From NCBI GenBank assembly GCA_040768745.1, contig JAXGMI010000002.1, positions 384,001-448,000 of the forward strand: a stretch of DNA of 64,000 bases. The letters are read 5' to 3'. Source of the DNA: Desulfomicrobium sp. GTDB taxonomy: Bacteria; Desulfobacterota; Desulfovibrionia; Desulfovibrionales; Desulfomicrobiaceae. This document shows, in pieces, positions 37,368 through 50,476 of the stretch; the stretch's first letter is position 1, and the number at the start of each line of letters is the position of its first letter. The notes below the pieces were generated by a model. The model worked only from the letters and a program-made list of their open reading frames with translations, searched no databases and was not told the DNA's origin. The translations under genes were made by a program, and so were the position numbers.

Positions 37368-39470
37368 CTATATTAATCCTTTTTCTGCCTGGGCCTGGAT
37401 GGCCGTGATGGCTACGGTGTTGACGATGTCGGGTACGGTGCAGCCGCGGCTCAGATCGTTGACTGGCTTGTTCAGTCCCTGCAGGACCGGGCCGATGGCC
37501 ACGGCGTTGGCGGCGCGCTGGACCGCCTTGTAGGTGTTGTTGCCGGTGTTCAGGTCCGGAAAGATAAACACGGTGGCCCGACCGGCGACCTGACTGCCCG
37601 GAAGCTTCTTGGCGCCCACGTCGGGATCGATGGCCGCGTCGTACTGCAACGGCCCTTCCAGCAGGAGACCCGGAACCTTCTCGCGGGCGATGCGGGTGGC
37701 CTCGATGACCACGTCCACATCGCCGCCGGCACCGGAGTCACCGGTGGAATAGGACAACATGGCGATACGTGGCTCAACGCCGAAGATGCGGGCAGTTTCG
37801 GCTGAACTGATGGCGATCTCAGCAAGTTGCTGCGCGGTGGGGTTCGGATTGACGGCGCAGTCGCCGAAGACCAGGACGCGGTCCTTGAGACACATCAGGA
37901 AGACACTGGACACGATGGATGCGCCGGGCTTGGTCTTGATGATCTGGAAGGCAGGGCGGATGGTGTGCGCTGTGGTGTTGATAGCCCCGGAAACCATGCC
38001 ATCTGCCTGGTTCTTGAAGACCATCATGGTCCCGAAATAGGTCGGGTCGACCATGGTGTCGCGGGCCACTTCCTTGGATACTCCCTTTTTCTTCCGGAGC
38101 TCGAAGAATGTTTCGACATATTCGGCAAAGTCAGGCGACTTGGCGGGATCCACGATATTCACCCCGGAAAGATTGAGACCCATCTGCGAGGTCATGGAGC
38201 TGATGGCCCGCGGGTCCCCGAGAACGGTCAGATCGACGACGCCCCGGCGGAGCAGGATGTCGGCCGCGCGCAGAATGCGCTCATCGTTCCCTTCGGGCAG
38301 GACGATATGCTGCCTGTGTTTTTTGGCTTTTTCGATGAGACTGTATTCGAACATCTGCGGAGTGACCTTGGTCGACTTGCGGGTGTTCAGACGCTGGCGC
38401 AGTTCATCCGTGTCCACGCTCTCTTCAAACACGCCCAGAGCCGAGGCTATCTTCTTCTGGTCTCCGGGTTCGATCTTGCCGTACATGTTGTAGAGACGGC
38501 GTGCTGTCTGGAATGTGGCCTCCTTGCCCAGCAGCACAGGCAGGGGTACACCGGTCCACCCGTCGATGAGGCGGGCCACGCTCTTGCCCGGGGATATGCC
38601 TCCGGTCAACAGAATGCCGGCAATGTCCGGAAAGGACGAGGATTGCCGGGAAGCAAGACTGGTGACGATGACATCCGAACGGTCACCAGGTGAGACCACC
38701 AGGCTGCCTTGTTCAATGTAGTTCAGAAAATTTTCGATCTGCATGGCCGCCACGACGATGTCATCTACCTGGGCGCCGAGACCGTCCTTGCCATAGAGCA
38801 CCTCAGCACCTACCCACTTCATGACGTCGGCCATGGTAGGCTTGCCCAAGATGGCCACCTCAGGAATGATGTACAGCAGGAGATCGGGCTTGTTCAGGGT
38901 CTTCTTGAGAGCCACGCGCAAGGCATTGCGATCGGCGACATCGGTGCGATTGACCACGACGCCCATTATGTCCACAGCCTTGTCGGCGATGGATTCCACG
39001 GCCAGTTTGGTGGAGCTGATGATCTCGTGTTCGGTCTTCTGGCAGGCATTGGAAATCATCAGCAGCGGGCTGCCCAGATTGGCGGCGATGTCGGCGTTGA
39101 TGTCGAACTCAAAGGCCGGACTGGTTCCCTCGAAATCCGTCCCTTCCAACAGAATGAAATCGCATTTGGACTCCAGTTCCTTGTACTTATTCATGACCTT
39201 TTCAATGAGAAGGGAATGCTGGCCCGCGTTGACCAGTTCCTTGGCCTGGCGCATGGTCAAGGCATAGGTTTCGTGGTACTGGAGCCCCAGATAGAACTGG
39301 GACAGGACCAGATCAATATCGTGGTCCTTGCGATCCGTATCGTCGCTGATGATCGGTCTGAAAAAACCGACCCGGCGGATGTCCCGCAGAAGCATCTGCA
39401 TGACACCCAAGGTGATTGCGGATTTTCCGCTCCGGGATTCCGTCGCCGTGATGTAGAGATTGTTGGCCAT
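37368..39470 (-). CDS. pta: Phosphate acetyltransferase (long form with DRTGG domain)
   Basis: IVLPEG, DCAVNP, GPLQYDAA, KPVNDLSRG. Confidence 0.97.
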   Translation of the reverse strand: MANNLYITATESRSGKSAITLGVMQMLLRDIRRVGFFRPIISDDTDRKDHDIDLVLSQFYLGLQYHETYALTMRQAKELVNAGQHSLLIEKVMNKYKELESKCDFILLEGTDFEGTSPAFEFDINADIAANLGSPLLMISNACQKTEHEIISSTKLAVESIADKAVDIMGVVVNRTDVADRNALRVALKKTLNKPDLLLYIIPEVAILGKPTMADVMKWVGAEVLYGKDGLGAQVDDIVVAAMQIENFLNYIEQGSLVVSPGDRSDVIVTSLASRQSSSFPDIAGILLTGGISPGKSVARLIDGWTGVPLPVLLGKEATFQTARRLYNMYGKIEPGDQKKIASALGVFEESVDTDELRQRLNTRKSTKVTPQMFEYSLIEKAKKHRQHIVLPEGNDERILRAADILLRRGVVDLTVLGDPRAISSMTSQMGLNLSGVNIVDPAKSPDFAEYVETFFELRKKKGVSKEVARDTMVDPTYFGTMMVFKNQADGMVSGAINTTAHTIRPAFQIIKTKPGASIVSSVFLMCLKDRVLVFGDCAVNPNPTAQQLAEIAISSAETARIFGVEPRIAMLSYSTGDSGAGGDVDVVIEATRIAREKVPGLLLEGPLQYDAAIDPDVGAKKLPGSQVAGRATVFIFPDLNTGNNTYKAVQRAANAVAIGPVLQGLNKPVNDLSRGCTVPDIVNTVAITAIQAQAEKGLI

Positions 39471-39620
39471 TGTGTTTCCTTCATCTGCCGGTGAAGACTC
39501 CGACATGTCCCCCAAGGTTCACGGTCGAGCCACCTGGTTGGTTCATAACACGCTCAAAACTGCCCAAAAAGACCCATCATTTTATTTATTGTAGACGATT
39601 CACGCGCGTTCTTCCAATGA

Positions 39621-39660
39621 AAAAACGTCGGCGGACCGAAAGACCGATATCCGCCGACGT
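39621..39660 (-). terminator. Terminator-like hairpin between the LDH genes and pta
   Basis: A-run plus ACGTCGGCGGA...TCCGCCGACGT. Confidence 0.65.
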
Positions 39661-39667
39661 CAATGCA

Positions 39668-40957
39668 TCAAAGGGTTTCCGCGTAGAGTTCCATGACGTG
39701 CTTGACTGCTACCTGGTCCTTGTTCTGGGACAGCATGTCGGACATTTGCATCATGCACGCCGGGCAAGCCGTAGCCACGACCTGGGCGCCTGAAGCCACG
39801 ATATTGTCCCGCTTATGCTGGCCTATTTCCTTGGACACGTTGTAATGTTGCAGGTTGAAGCTGCCCCCGCAGCCACAGCACCGGTCAGCTTCCGCCATCT
39901 CCACGAACTGGACCCTGGGGTTGGACTTGAGAAGTGCCCTGGGTTGCTCGAAAACCTTCATGGATTTTTTGAGATGGCATGGGTCGTGATAGGTCACTTT
40001 TATCCCGCTTCCGCTGACAGGCAGGGCCACCTTCAGCACATCGACCATAAACTGGGTTATGTCCATGACCTTGGCGGACAGGGAAGCTATGCGCTCCTGC
40101 ATGCTCTGTGTCTGGTTACCGGACATGAGCGGCCAGATCTCATGCATGGTCGCGGTGCACGTGGCGCAAGGGGTAAGCAGATAATCGAAATTCTCCTTTT
40201 CAAAGAGTTCGAGATTATGCTGCACGAGCTTGTCGAAGGACTCCTTGTCTCCTGAAGCCAGGGCAGGGATGCCGCAGCAGGCCTGACCCGCAGGCATGTA
40301 GACGCCGATCTCATGATGGGTCAGGGCCTTGAGCACAGCCTGACCGACCTTGGGATAGACCTTGTCCACCACGCAGCCTGGGAAAAAAGCCACCCGGTAT
40401 CCACCCTTTCCGGGGCGGGTATTGCGGGCCGATTCGAGCTTGCGCAAAGGCTTCTTGGCCAGCGGCATGAAATGACGGTCGCCAATGATCGGGGCGTTGA
40501 TGCGCGAACAGGACGAACCGATGACCTCGCTGGCCGGCTTGGTAAAGATGCCCTGAAACTTGGAAGCCACGTCCAGGATGGTGTTGAAAAGCGCCGGCTT
40601 GGTCAACAGACCCTGGAAAATGGCCTTCTTGGCCGGCGGCAACCCCATATAGGTGTTCACGATGACCCGGGCTTTGAGGAAGATGTCCAGGACCTTCACC
40701 CCGCTGGGGCAATTGGCGGCACAGGATCCGCACAGCAGGCACATGTTCAGCTTTTCCTGCACGCCCTCGGCATCCTTGATCATTTCATGGGACAGGTTCT
40801 CGAGCAGAGCGATCTTGCCCCTGGCCACATCGCCCTCGCGCATGGTCTCGGCGAACACCGGACAGACGGACTGGCACAGGCCGCACTTCATGCAGGCGAC
40901 CATCTGGTCGTCGAGCTCGTGCAGCATCTTGGCGAGCTGATGGAGATCTTCGTGCAT
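39668..40957 (-). CDS. D-lactate dehydrogenase Fe-S subunit (GlcF-like)
   Basis: Two CxxCxxCxxxCP motifs and CCG domains; lactate operon context. Confidence 0.88.
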   Translation of the reverse strand: MHEDLHQLAKMLHELDDQMVACMKCGLCQSVCPVFAETMREGDVARGKIALLENLSHEMIKDAEGVQEKLNMCLLCGSCAANCPSGVKVLDIFLKARVIVNTYMGLPPAKKAIFQGLLTKPALFNTILDVASKFQGIFTKPASEVIGSSCSRINAPIIGDRHFMPLAKKPLRKLESARNTRPGKGGYRVAFFPGCVVDKVYPKVGQAVLKALTHHEIGVYMPAGQACCGIPALASGDKESFDKLVQHNLELFEKENFDYLLTPCATCTATMHEIWPLMSGNQTQSMQERIASLSAKVMDITQFMVDVLKVALPVSGSGIKVTYHDPCHLKKSMKVFEQPRALLKSNPRVQFVEMAEADRCCGCGGSFNLQHYNVSKEIGQHKRDNIVASGAQVVATACPACMMQMSDMLSQNKDQVAVKHVMELYAETL

Positions 40958-40959
40958 GA

Positions 40960-42348
40960 CTAGCCTCCGATGATCTTGCCGGGATTGAGCAGGTAGTTGG
41001 GGTCAACCGCCTTCTTCAGCCTGCGCGAGTAGATGATGGTCGCCTTGGTGGTTTCCTTTTCCAGCCACTTGGACTTGGCCGTGCCGATGCCGTGTTCGCC
41101 GGACAGGGTCCCGCCCAGGGACAGGGCCACGTCGAAGATCTCGTCGACAGCCTGCTCCACGCGATGGAACTCCTCCTTGTCGCGCTTGTCCGTCAGAATG
41201 GTCGGATGCAGGTTGCCGTCGCCGGCGTGGCCGAAGGTGCCGATCTGCAGCTTGTACTTGGCGGCGATGTCGTTGATGGCCTTGATCATGGCCGGGATCT
41301 GGCTGCGCGGCACGGTGGCGTCCTCCAGCACCGTGGTCGGACGGGCGCGGGCCAGGGCCGGCAGCGCGTTGCGACGGGCCTCCCACAGCTTGTTCTTCTC
41401 GGCGGCGTCCTTGGCCATCTGCACGCGGCGGGCGCCGTTCTTCTTGCAGATCTCAACGACCTTTTCGGCGTCGTCCTCGACCAGGGCGATGTGGCCGCCG
41501 TCGACCTCGATCAGCAGGATGGCCGCGGCGTCACAGGGCAGGCCGGCCTTGGTGAAATCCTCGACATAGTTGATGGTCGCGTTGTCCAGGAGTTCCAGGG
41601 TGCAGGGCACGATCTTGTTGGCGATGATGGCCGCCACAGTCTCGGAAGCCTTGTTGATGTCGTCGAACTCGGCCAGCATGGCCTTGGAGGCCACAGGCGG
41701 CGGGACAAGCTTGAAGATGATCTCGTCGAACACACCCAGGGTGCCCTCGGAACCGACCATGAGCTGAGAAATATTCAGACCTGTCACGCACTTGACCGTC
41801 TTCCCGCCGGATTTGACGTACTCGCCCTCGGCGTTCCAGAAATTCACGCCCATGACATAGTCCTTGGTCACGCCATACTTCAGGCCGCGCAGGCCGCCAG
41901 CGTTCTCGCTGACGTTTCCGCCCAGGGTGGACACGGCCTGGGAGCCCGGATCCGGCGGATAAAACAGGCCGCGCCTGGCCACCTCGGCCGCGAACTTGGC
42001 CGTGACCACGCCGGGCTGAACCACGGCATACAGATCCTGCTCGTTGATCTCCAGGATCTTGTTCAGACCGTTGGTCAGGATGACCACGCCATGTTCCTTG
42101 GTCGGGATGGTGCCGCCGCTCAGGTTGGTGCCGGCGCCGCGTACGGTCATGGGCAGTTTGTTCTCGTTGCACAACGCCACGGTCTTGCCCAACTGTTCAC
42201 TGTTGGTCGGCCGCAGCACCAGTTCCGGAATGACCGCATCGAGCACTGCGGCATCATAGGAATAGGCGTGCCGATCGGACTCGCTATCCATGACGTTTTC
42301 TTTACCCAGCAGATTTTTGAATTCAGTGAGCAGACTCGTCGAAATCAT
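40960..42348 (-). CDS. D-lactate dehydrogenase FAD subunit (GlcD-like)
   Basis: RGAGTNLSGG, PPDPGS, GSEGTLG, HAGDGNLH, SGEHGIG. Confidence 0.9.
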   Translation of the reverse strand: MISTSLLTEFKNLLGKENVMDSESDRHAYSYDAAVLDAVIPELVLRPTNSEQLGKTVALCNENKLPMTVRGAGTNLSGGTIPTKEHGVVILTNGLNKILEINEQDLYAVVQPGVVTAKFAAEVARRGLFYPPDPGSQAVSTLGGNVSENAGGLRGLKYGVTKDYVMGVNFWNAEGEYVKSGGKTVKCVTGLNISQLMVGSEGTLGVFDEIIFKLVPPPVASKAMLAEFDDINKASETVAAIIANKIVPCTLELLDNATINYVEDFTKAGLPCDAAAILLIEVDGGHIALVEDDAEKVVEICKKNGARRVQMAKDAAEKNKLWEARRNALPALARARPTTVLEDATVPRSQIPAMIKAINDIAAKYKLQIGTFGHAGDGNLHPTILTDKRDKEEFHRVEQAVDEIFDVALSLGGTLSGEHGIGTAKSKWLEKETTKATIIYSRRLKKAVDPNYLLNPGKIIGG

Positions 42349-42427
42349 GGTTCTCTCCTTGCGTGAGATGCGATTATGTGCAGCGGTCCCGAAAGCCTTG
42401 CGCATGCTTTCGGGACCACGTTGACAA

Positions 42428-44140
42428 CTAGAAGCGGTTGGCCATGAACACAAAGCACATCAGGCTGGCGATGATGCCCACGACGATGCCGTAGAGGACA
42501 AAGGGCCAGAAGGTGCGCTTCAGGATCATGCCTTCGCGGCCGATGAGGCCGGTCACGGCGCAGACAGCCACGATGTTGTGGATACAGACCATGTTGCCCA
42601 TGGCGCCACCGGCAACCTGGGCGGCCACGATGATCTGTCGGGACAGGTTGAGCTGCTGGGCCACGCCCCACTGGAATTCGGCGAACAGCAGGTCGGAGAC
42701 CGTGTTGGAACCGGTGATGAAGGCGCCGAGGCCGCCCACGTAGGAGGCCAGCATGGGCCAGGCGTTGCCGGCCAGGGCCGCGACGGCCTTGGCCATGGCC
42801 AGGGGCATGGACGGGTAGTTGTTGGGGTTCAAGGCCGCGTCGGCGATGCCGGAGCCGCGGAAGACGGAAACCAGGGCCACGGCGGCAAAAAGCGCGATGG
42901 TCGGGGCCTTCATCTTGACGAAGGATTCGGTCCAGGCCTTCTTGACGGCCTCACCCTTCATGCCGTGGATGGCGACGGTCAGGATGGCGACCAGCATGAA
43001 GGGGATGGTGCCGGGCAGGTACAGGTACTGCAGGGAGGTCTTGACGCTCGCGAAGCCCAGGATGTTGTCGAAGGGGATGGACACGCCGGACAGAATGGCC
43101 TTCAGGCCCAGGGCCGGGATGCGGGTCGCGACCAGGATGGCACCGATGAGGATGTAGGGCAGCCAGGCCTTGAACTGGCTCATGTGCGCCTTGAACTCCG
43201 TACTTGTAGACGTGGCGATGCTGCCGGTCCACTCGGCGTCCCAGGTGGATTGGGGGCCGAAATCCCAGGTGTCCTTGGGCACGCAGAAACCGGCCTTGGC
43301 ACCAGCCACGATGACGCCCAAACCCACCAGACCGCCGATCAGGGACGGGAATTCCGGTCCGACCAACCAGGCAAAGCCGACGTAAGGAACCAGGAAGGCC
43401 ACGGCGGCGAAGACGCAGAACTTCCAGGCGGCGAGGCCTTCGGACCAGGACTTGTTCTTGCCGTAGAAGCGGGTCAGGAAGCCGAGCATGAAGATGGGCA
43501 GGATGACGGCCATGGGGCCGTGCATCAGGGTGACCAGCTCGCCGATGACTTTGGCAAAGGTAGTGAAATCGGTGAAGTTCAGATTTGTCACGCCTGAGGC
43601 CGCGGCATCGGCCACCAGCTGCTTGAGCGGGGTCAGGCCGATGAGGATGGGGGTGCCCACCGCGCCGAAGGACACGCAGAAGGAGTTGAAGACCAGGCAG
43701 ATGACCGCGGCGGCCAGGGGCGGGTAGCCCAGGGACAGGAGCAGCGGGGCTGCCAGGGCGGCGGGCGTGCCGAAACCGGCCGCACCTTCGATGAAGGCCG
43801 CGAACATGTAGCCGATGATGATGGCCTGGATGCGCTTGTCGCGGCTGATGTTCTGCATCCCGTACTGGATGGTTTCCATGCCCCCCGAGTACTGCAAGGT
43901 GTACAGGATGAGTATGGCGCCGAAGACGATGATCAGCACGCCGATGGCGTCGATGACACCCTTGACCGAAAGGGCCGCGATGTAAGCGACAGGCAGATTC
44001 CAGACGCCGATGGCGCCGAGCACACAGACGAGCCACGCCAGGGGCATGGCTTTCGTCGAAGGCCAGCGCATGCCGACCATGAGCACCAGAGCCACCAGGA
44101 TGGGCAACAGTGCTACCATTGCCAAGACAGGAATTGACAT
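42428..44140 (-). CDS. lctP: Lactate permease
   Basis: FIEGAAGFGTP, GAVGTP, GSNTVS. Confidence 0.95.
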   Translation of the reverse strand: MSIPVLAMVALLPILVALVLMVGMRWPSTKAMPLAWLVCVLGAIGVWNLPVAYIAALSVKGVIDAIGVLIIVFGAILILYTLQYSGGMETIQYGMQNISRDKRIQAIIIGYMFAAFIEGAAGFGTPAALAAPLLLSLGYPPLAAAVICLVFNSFCVSFGAVGTPILIGLTPLKQLVADAAASGVTNLNFTDFTTFAKVIGELVTLMHGPMAVILPIFMLGFLTRFYGKNKSWSEGLAAWKFCVFAAVAFLVPYVGFAWLVGPEFPSLIGGLVGLGVIVAGAKAGFCVPKDTWDFGPQSTWDAEWTGSIATSTSTEFKAHMSQFKAWLPYILIGAILVATRIPALGLKAILSGVSIPFDNILGFASVKTSLQYLYLPGTIPFMLVAILTVAIHGMKGEAVKKAWTESFVKMKAPTIALFAAVALVSVFRGSGIADAALNPNNYPSMPLAMAKAVAALAGNAWPMLASYVGGLGAFITGSNTVSDLLFAEFQWGVAQQLNLSRQIIVAAQVAGGAMGNMVCIHNIVAVCAVTGLIGREGMILKRTFWPFVLYGIVVGIIASLMCFVFMANRF

Positions 44141-44219
44141 ATCTCCCTCCTCTAAAAACTGATGATTGGGCTGGCGGCCCCGAGGTACCCCATCCTCCGT
44201 GCCGCCAGCGTGCCTTTAC

Positions 44220-47894
<3,675 letters not shown>

Positions 47895-47935
47895 TCAGCG
47901 ATCGCGGCACGTACACATGCCGATTACATCGCTTT

Positions 47936-47951
47936 AACAATTTTCATGCCA
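47936..47951 (-). promoter_or_regulatory. Putative sigma54 promoter of the por/lactate operon
   Basis: Minus strand TGGCATGAAAATTGTT (GG-N10-GT variant), about 70 bp upstream of por. Confidence 0.55.
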
Positions 47952-48034
47952 GCCTAAAGATTAGAATCAATAACCCGTAATAAAAGATTTTTTTATAGTC
48001 TGCATGCCATCCTTCTCCCCCTTTTTTGGATTCA

Positions 48035-48310
48035 GTCTGAAAAACCAGATAGTCGAGATTTATGAAATCCGTAGCACGTTATTATATGGGTGGAAACAGA
48101 CAACTCAAATCCGGCTAACGCAAGGAATTCAACGGTTAAAGGCAGAATACAAATATCTGGGGAACCGTCTGATTTTTCAGATTCAGCACGCGATCTGCCA
48201 ACAGACCCACTCCACAACGCCGACGCCCGCAGAAAGGCCATAGGGATCACAGATTCTGGCCCCCACCCACTTCAGCGAACACCACAAGGATTTTGTCTGA
48301 TTTTTCAGAC
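48035..48310. promoter_or_regulatory. Three palindromic enhancer-like sites GTCTGA-N4-YCAGAY
   Basis: Copies at 48035-48050, 48167-48182 and 48295-48310. Confidence 0.7.
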
Positions 48311-48785
48311 TGTCCGATTGTGTATGCACAATTGTTGGTTGAATAAACAATACTCATGGACCAAACGCATGCAAAACACAAAAAACCAAAGCCATAACCT
48401 CTTGGCCGGGAACGGACTTTCCCGCGGCCTCTCCTGCAGCTGCTGCGCGTGGATCCGGGCACATGTATGGGACAGAGAGGGAACCTCTTCGCGGCAGCAT
48501 AAACCGGAACCCCGAAGAGGGAATTCAGGAATTTCCCATTGCTGATGGCTGTGCAAAATCATTGCGAAAAACGAAGATACCTTGAACTCTTGGCCCGCGC
48601 AGAAATGAACTCAGGGGCGGCCAACGGCCTTTGGCGCTTCATCCCGATGAAAGGGCAAGTCCCGGACAAGAGTCAGGACCCGCCGTATCCAGCAACTGCG
48701 AACTGAAAAAGGTACAGGTACGGCCCGTATATGTCGCGCACGAACAAAAAGTCTAGACATTCTATGGGAGGACACGTATAAAACT

Positions 48786-48801
48786 TGGCAACGTTCTTGC
48801 T
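48786..48801 (+). promoter_or_regulatory. Putative sigma54 promoter, divergent from por
   Basis: TGGCAACGTTCTTGCT (GG-N10-GC). Confidence 0.6.
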
Positions 48802-48873
48802 AAACAGTGTATGACTCGAACCCGTCACAAACTTGATTTCCGCAGTAAACAGGAGAAAAATCAGAGGGTTACC

Positions 48874-49068
48874 ATGAAGGGGAAAACAATAACCAAAAGC
48901 GGTGTGATCCGCGTTCTGTCCCAAAAAGAAACAATGCAGTTGTCACAATTGCTCACACCCATTCAATATCAGAGCATGCACGAAGGGAACAGCGTTCTGG
49001 TCAAGACTGAATACCTCCTCGATTCCTGGAAGGAATTCTGGCTTGGCCTCGAACAGGACGATGAGTAA
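48874..49068 (+). CDS. Small hypothetical protein (64 aa)
   Basis: ATG about 70 bp after a sigma54 motif; stop abuts the convergent regulator gene. Confidence 0.5.
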   Translation: MKGKTITKSGVIRVLSQKETMQLSQLLTPIQYQSMHEGNSVLVKTEYLLDSWKEFWLGLEQDDE

Positions 49069-49069
49069 C

Positions 49070-50476
49070 TCAGGCGTCAAGATCATGCTTCTTCAGCACT
49101 GCATAGAAATGAGACCTGGAAAGACCTGAAATAGCGAGCATTTTTTGCACATCATTTCCGCAGGCCCTGATCAGGGTGAGCAGATATGTTTTTTCCATTC
49201 TTGTCTTGTACTCCTTGAGCGACGGCCAACCCGCGCCTTCCTCCAAGTTGAAGGCCGGAAGAATATCCTCCCTCGCCGGAACCAGATCGTCCCTGCCCTT
49301 GCCCAACATGGATTTTGCCACGCGAATGCGCAGGGCGTGGGGTAGATGCTGGGCATAGATCTTCCGCTCTCCCCCTGCCAGCACAAAGGCCTGCTCGATG
49401 GCGTTGAACAACTCGCGCACATTTCCAGGCCAATCATATGATTTGAGCACTTCGATGAATTCAGGGTCCAGTTCCTTGCCGGGCAGATTTCGCTGCCGGC
49501 AGAGCTTGTTGATATGGTGACGGGCCAGTACAGCGATATCGCCCCCCCGCGCCCGCAGCGGGGGCAGCACAATATGGATCGTATTGATCCGGTAATAGAG
49601 GTCCTGCCTGAAATTACCCTCCTGAACCATGGATTCCAGATTTCTGTTGGTCGCGGAAATAAGACGGAAATCGCTCTTCAACTCCTGGTTGGAACCCACG
49701 GGCCTGAATCTGCGTTCCTGAAGAACGCGCAGAAAGGTCTTTTGGGCCGAGAGGGGAAGCTCCCCTATTTCGTCCAGAAAAAGAGTGCCTTGGTGCGCCA
49801 GCTTGATCAGGCCTGAACGATCCTTGTCCGCTCCGGTGAACGCCCCTCTGACGTGTCCGAAAAGGATGCTCTCCAGCAGGGTCTCGGTCAGGGAGGCGCA
49901 GTCCACAGCCACGAAACTCAGAGCCGAGCGCTGGCTGTTCCGGTGGATGGTGCGGGCCAACAGCTCCTTTCCGGTCCCGGTTTCGCCGGTGACCAGCACT
50001 GTGGAATCGGATCTGCTGGCCTGGGCGATGCGCTCATAGCACTGGCGCATGGCCGCACTGTCGCCGATGACATCCGTCAAATCCAGATCAACGCCGATGT
50101 CGGCCTGCTTTTCCAGCCGATGGGCCAGGGCCCTGTTCAACGTCTCCTTGATCTGCTTGATCGGCGATGGCTTGACCAGATAGTCCCACACCCCTCCCTG
50201 GATGGCCAATTCTGCGCCGTCGGGATCGCCTTGGCCGGTCAGAACGATAACATCCGGAGGGGCGGCCAGTCCCCTGATCCACCCCAGGGCATCCAATCCG
50301 TTGCCGTCTGGAAGACGCACGTCCAGAAACACAATATCCATATCCGTTTGCCGGATGCGCGCCAGCCCCTCCTGCAGGGTCAAGGCGGCGAAACATTCAT
50401 GACCCAGGCGCACGGCCAAACTCTGCAGGGTTTCACTGACCTGCGGGTCATCGTCGATAATCAGGATTTTGGCCAT
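49070..50476 (-). CDS. Sigma54-dependent response regulator (NtrC family; LurR-like by synteny)
   Basis: REC domain, GETGTGKE, GAFTGA, WPGNVREL, C-terminal HTH. Confidence 0.93.
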   Translation of the reverse strand: MAKILIIDDDPQVSETLQSLAVRLGHECFAALTLQEGLARIRQTDMDIVFLDVRLPDGNGLDALGWIRGLAAPPDVIVLTGQGDPDGAELAIQGGVWDYLVKPSPIKQIKETLNRALAHRLEKQADIGVDLDLTDVIGDSAAMRQCYERIAQASRSDSTVLVTGETGTGKELLARTIHRNSQRSALSFVAVDCASLTETLLESILFGHVRGAFTGADKDRSGLIKLAHQGTLFLDEIGELPLSAQKTFLRVLQERRFRPVGSNQELKSDFRLISATNRNLESMVQEGNFRQDLYYRINTIHIVLPPLRARGGDIAVLARHHINKLCRQRNLPGKELDPEFIEVLKSYDWPGNVRELFNAIEQAFVLAGGERKIYAQHLPHALRIRVAKSMLGKGRDDLVPAREDILPAFNLEEGAGWPSLKEYKTRMEKTYLLTLIRACGNDVQKMLAISGLSRSHFYAVLKKHDLDA

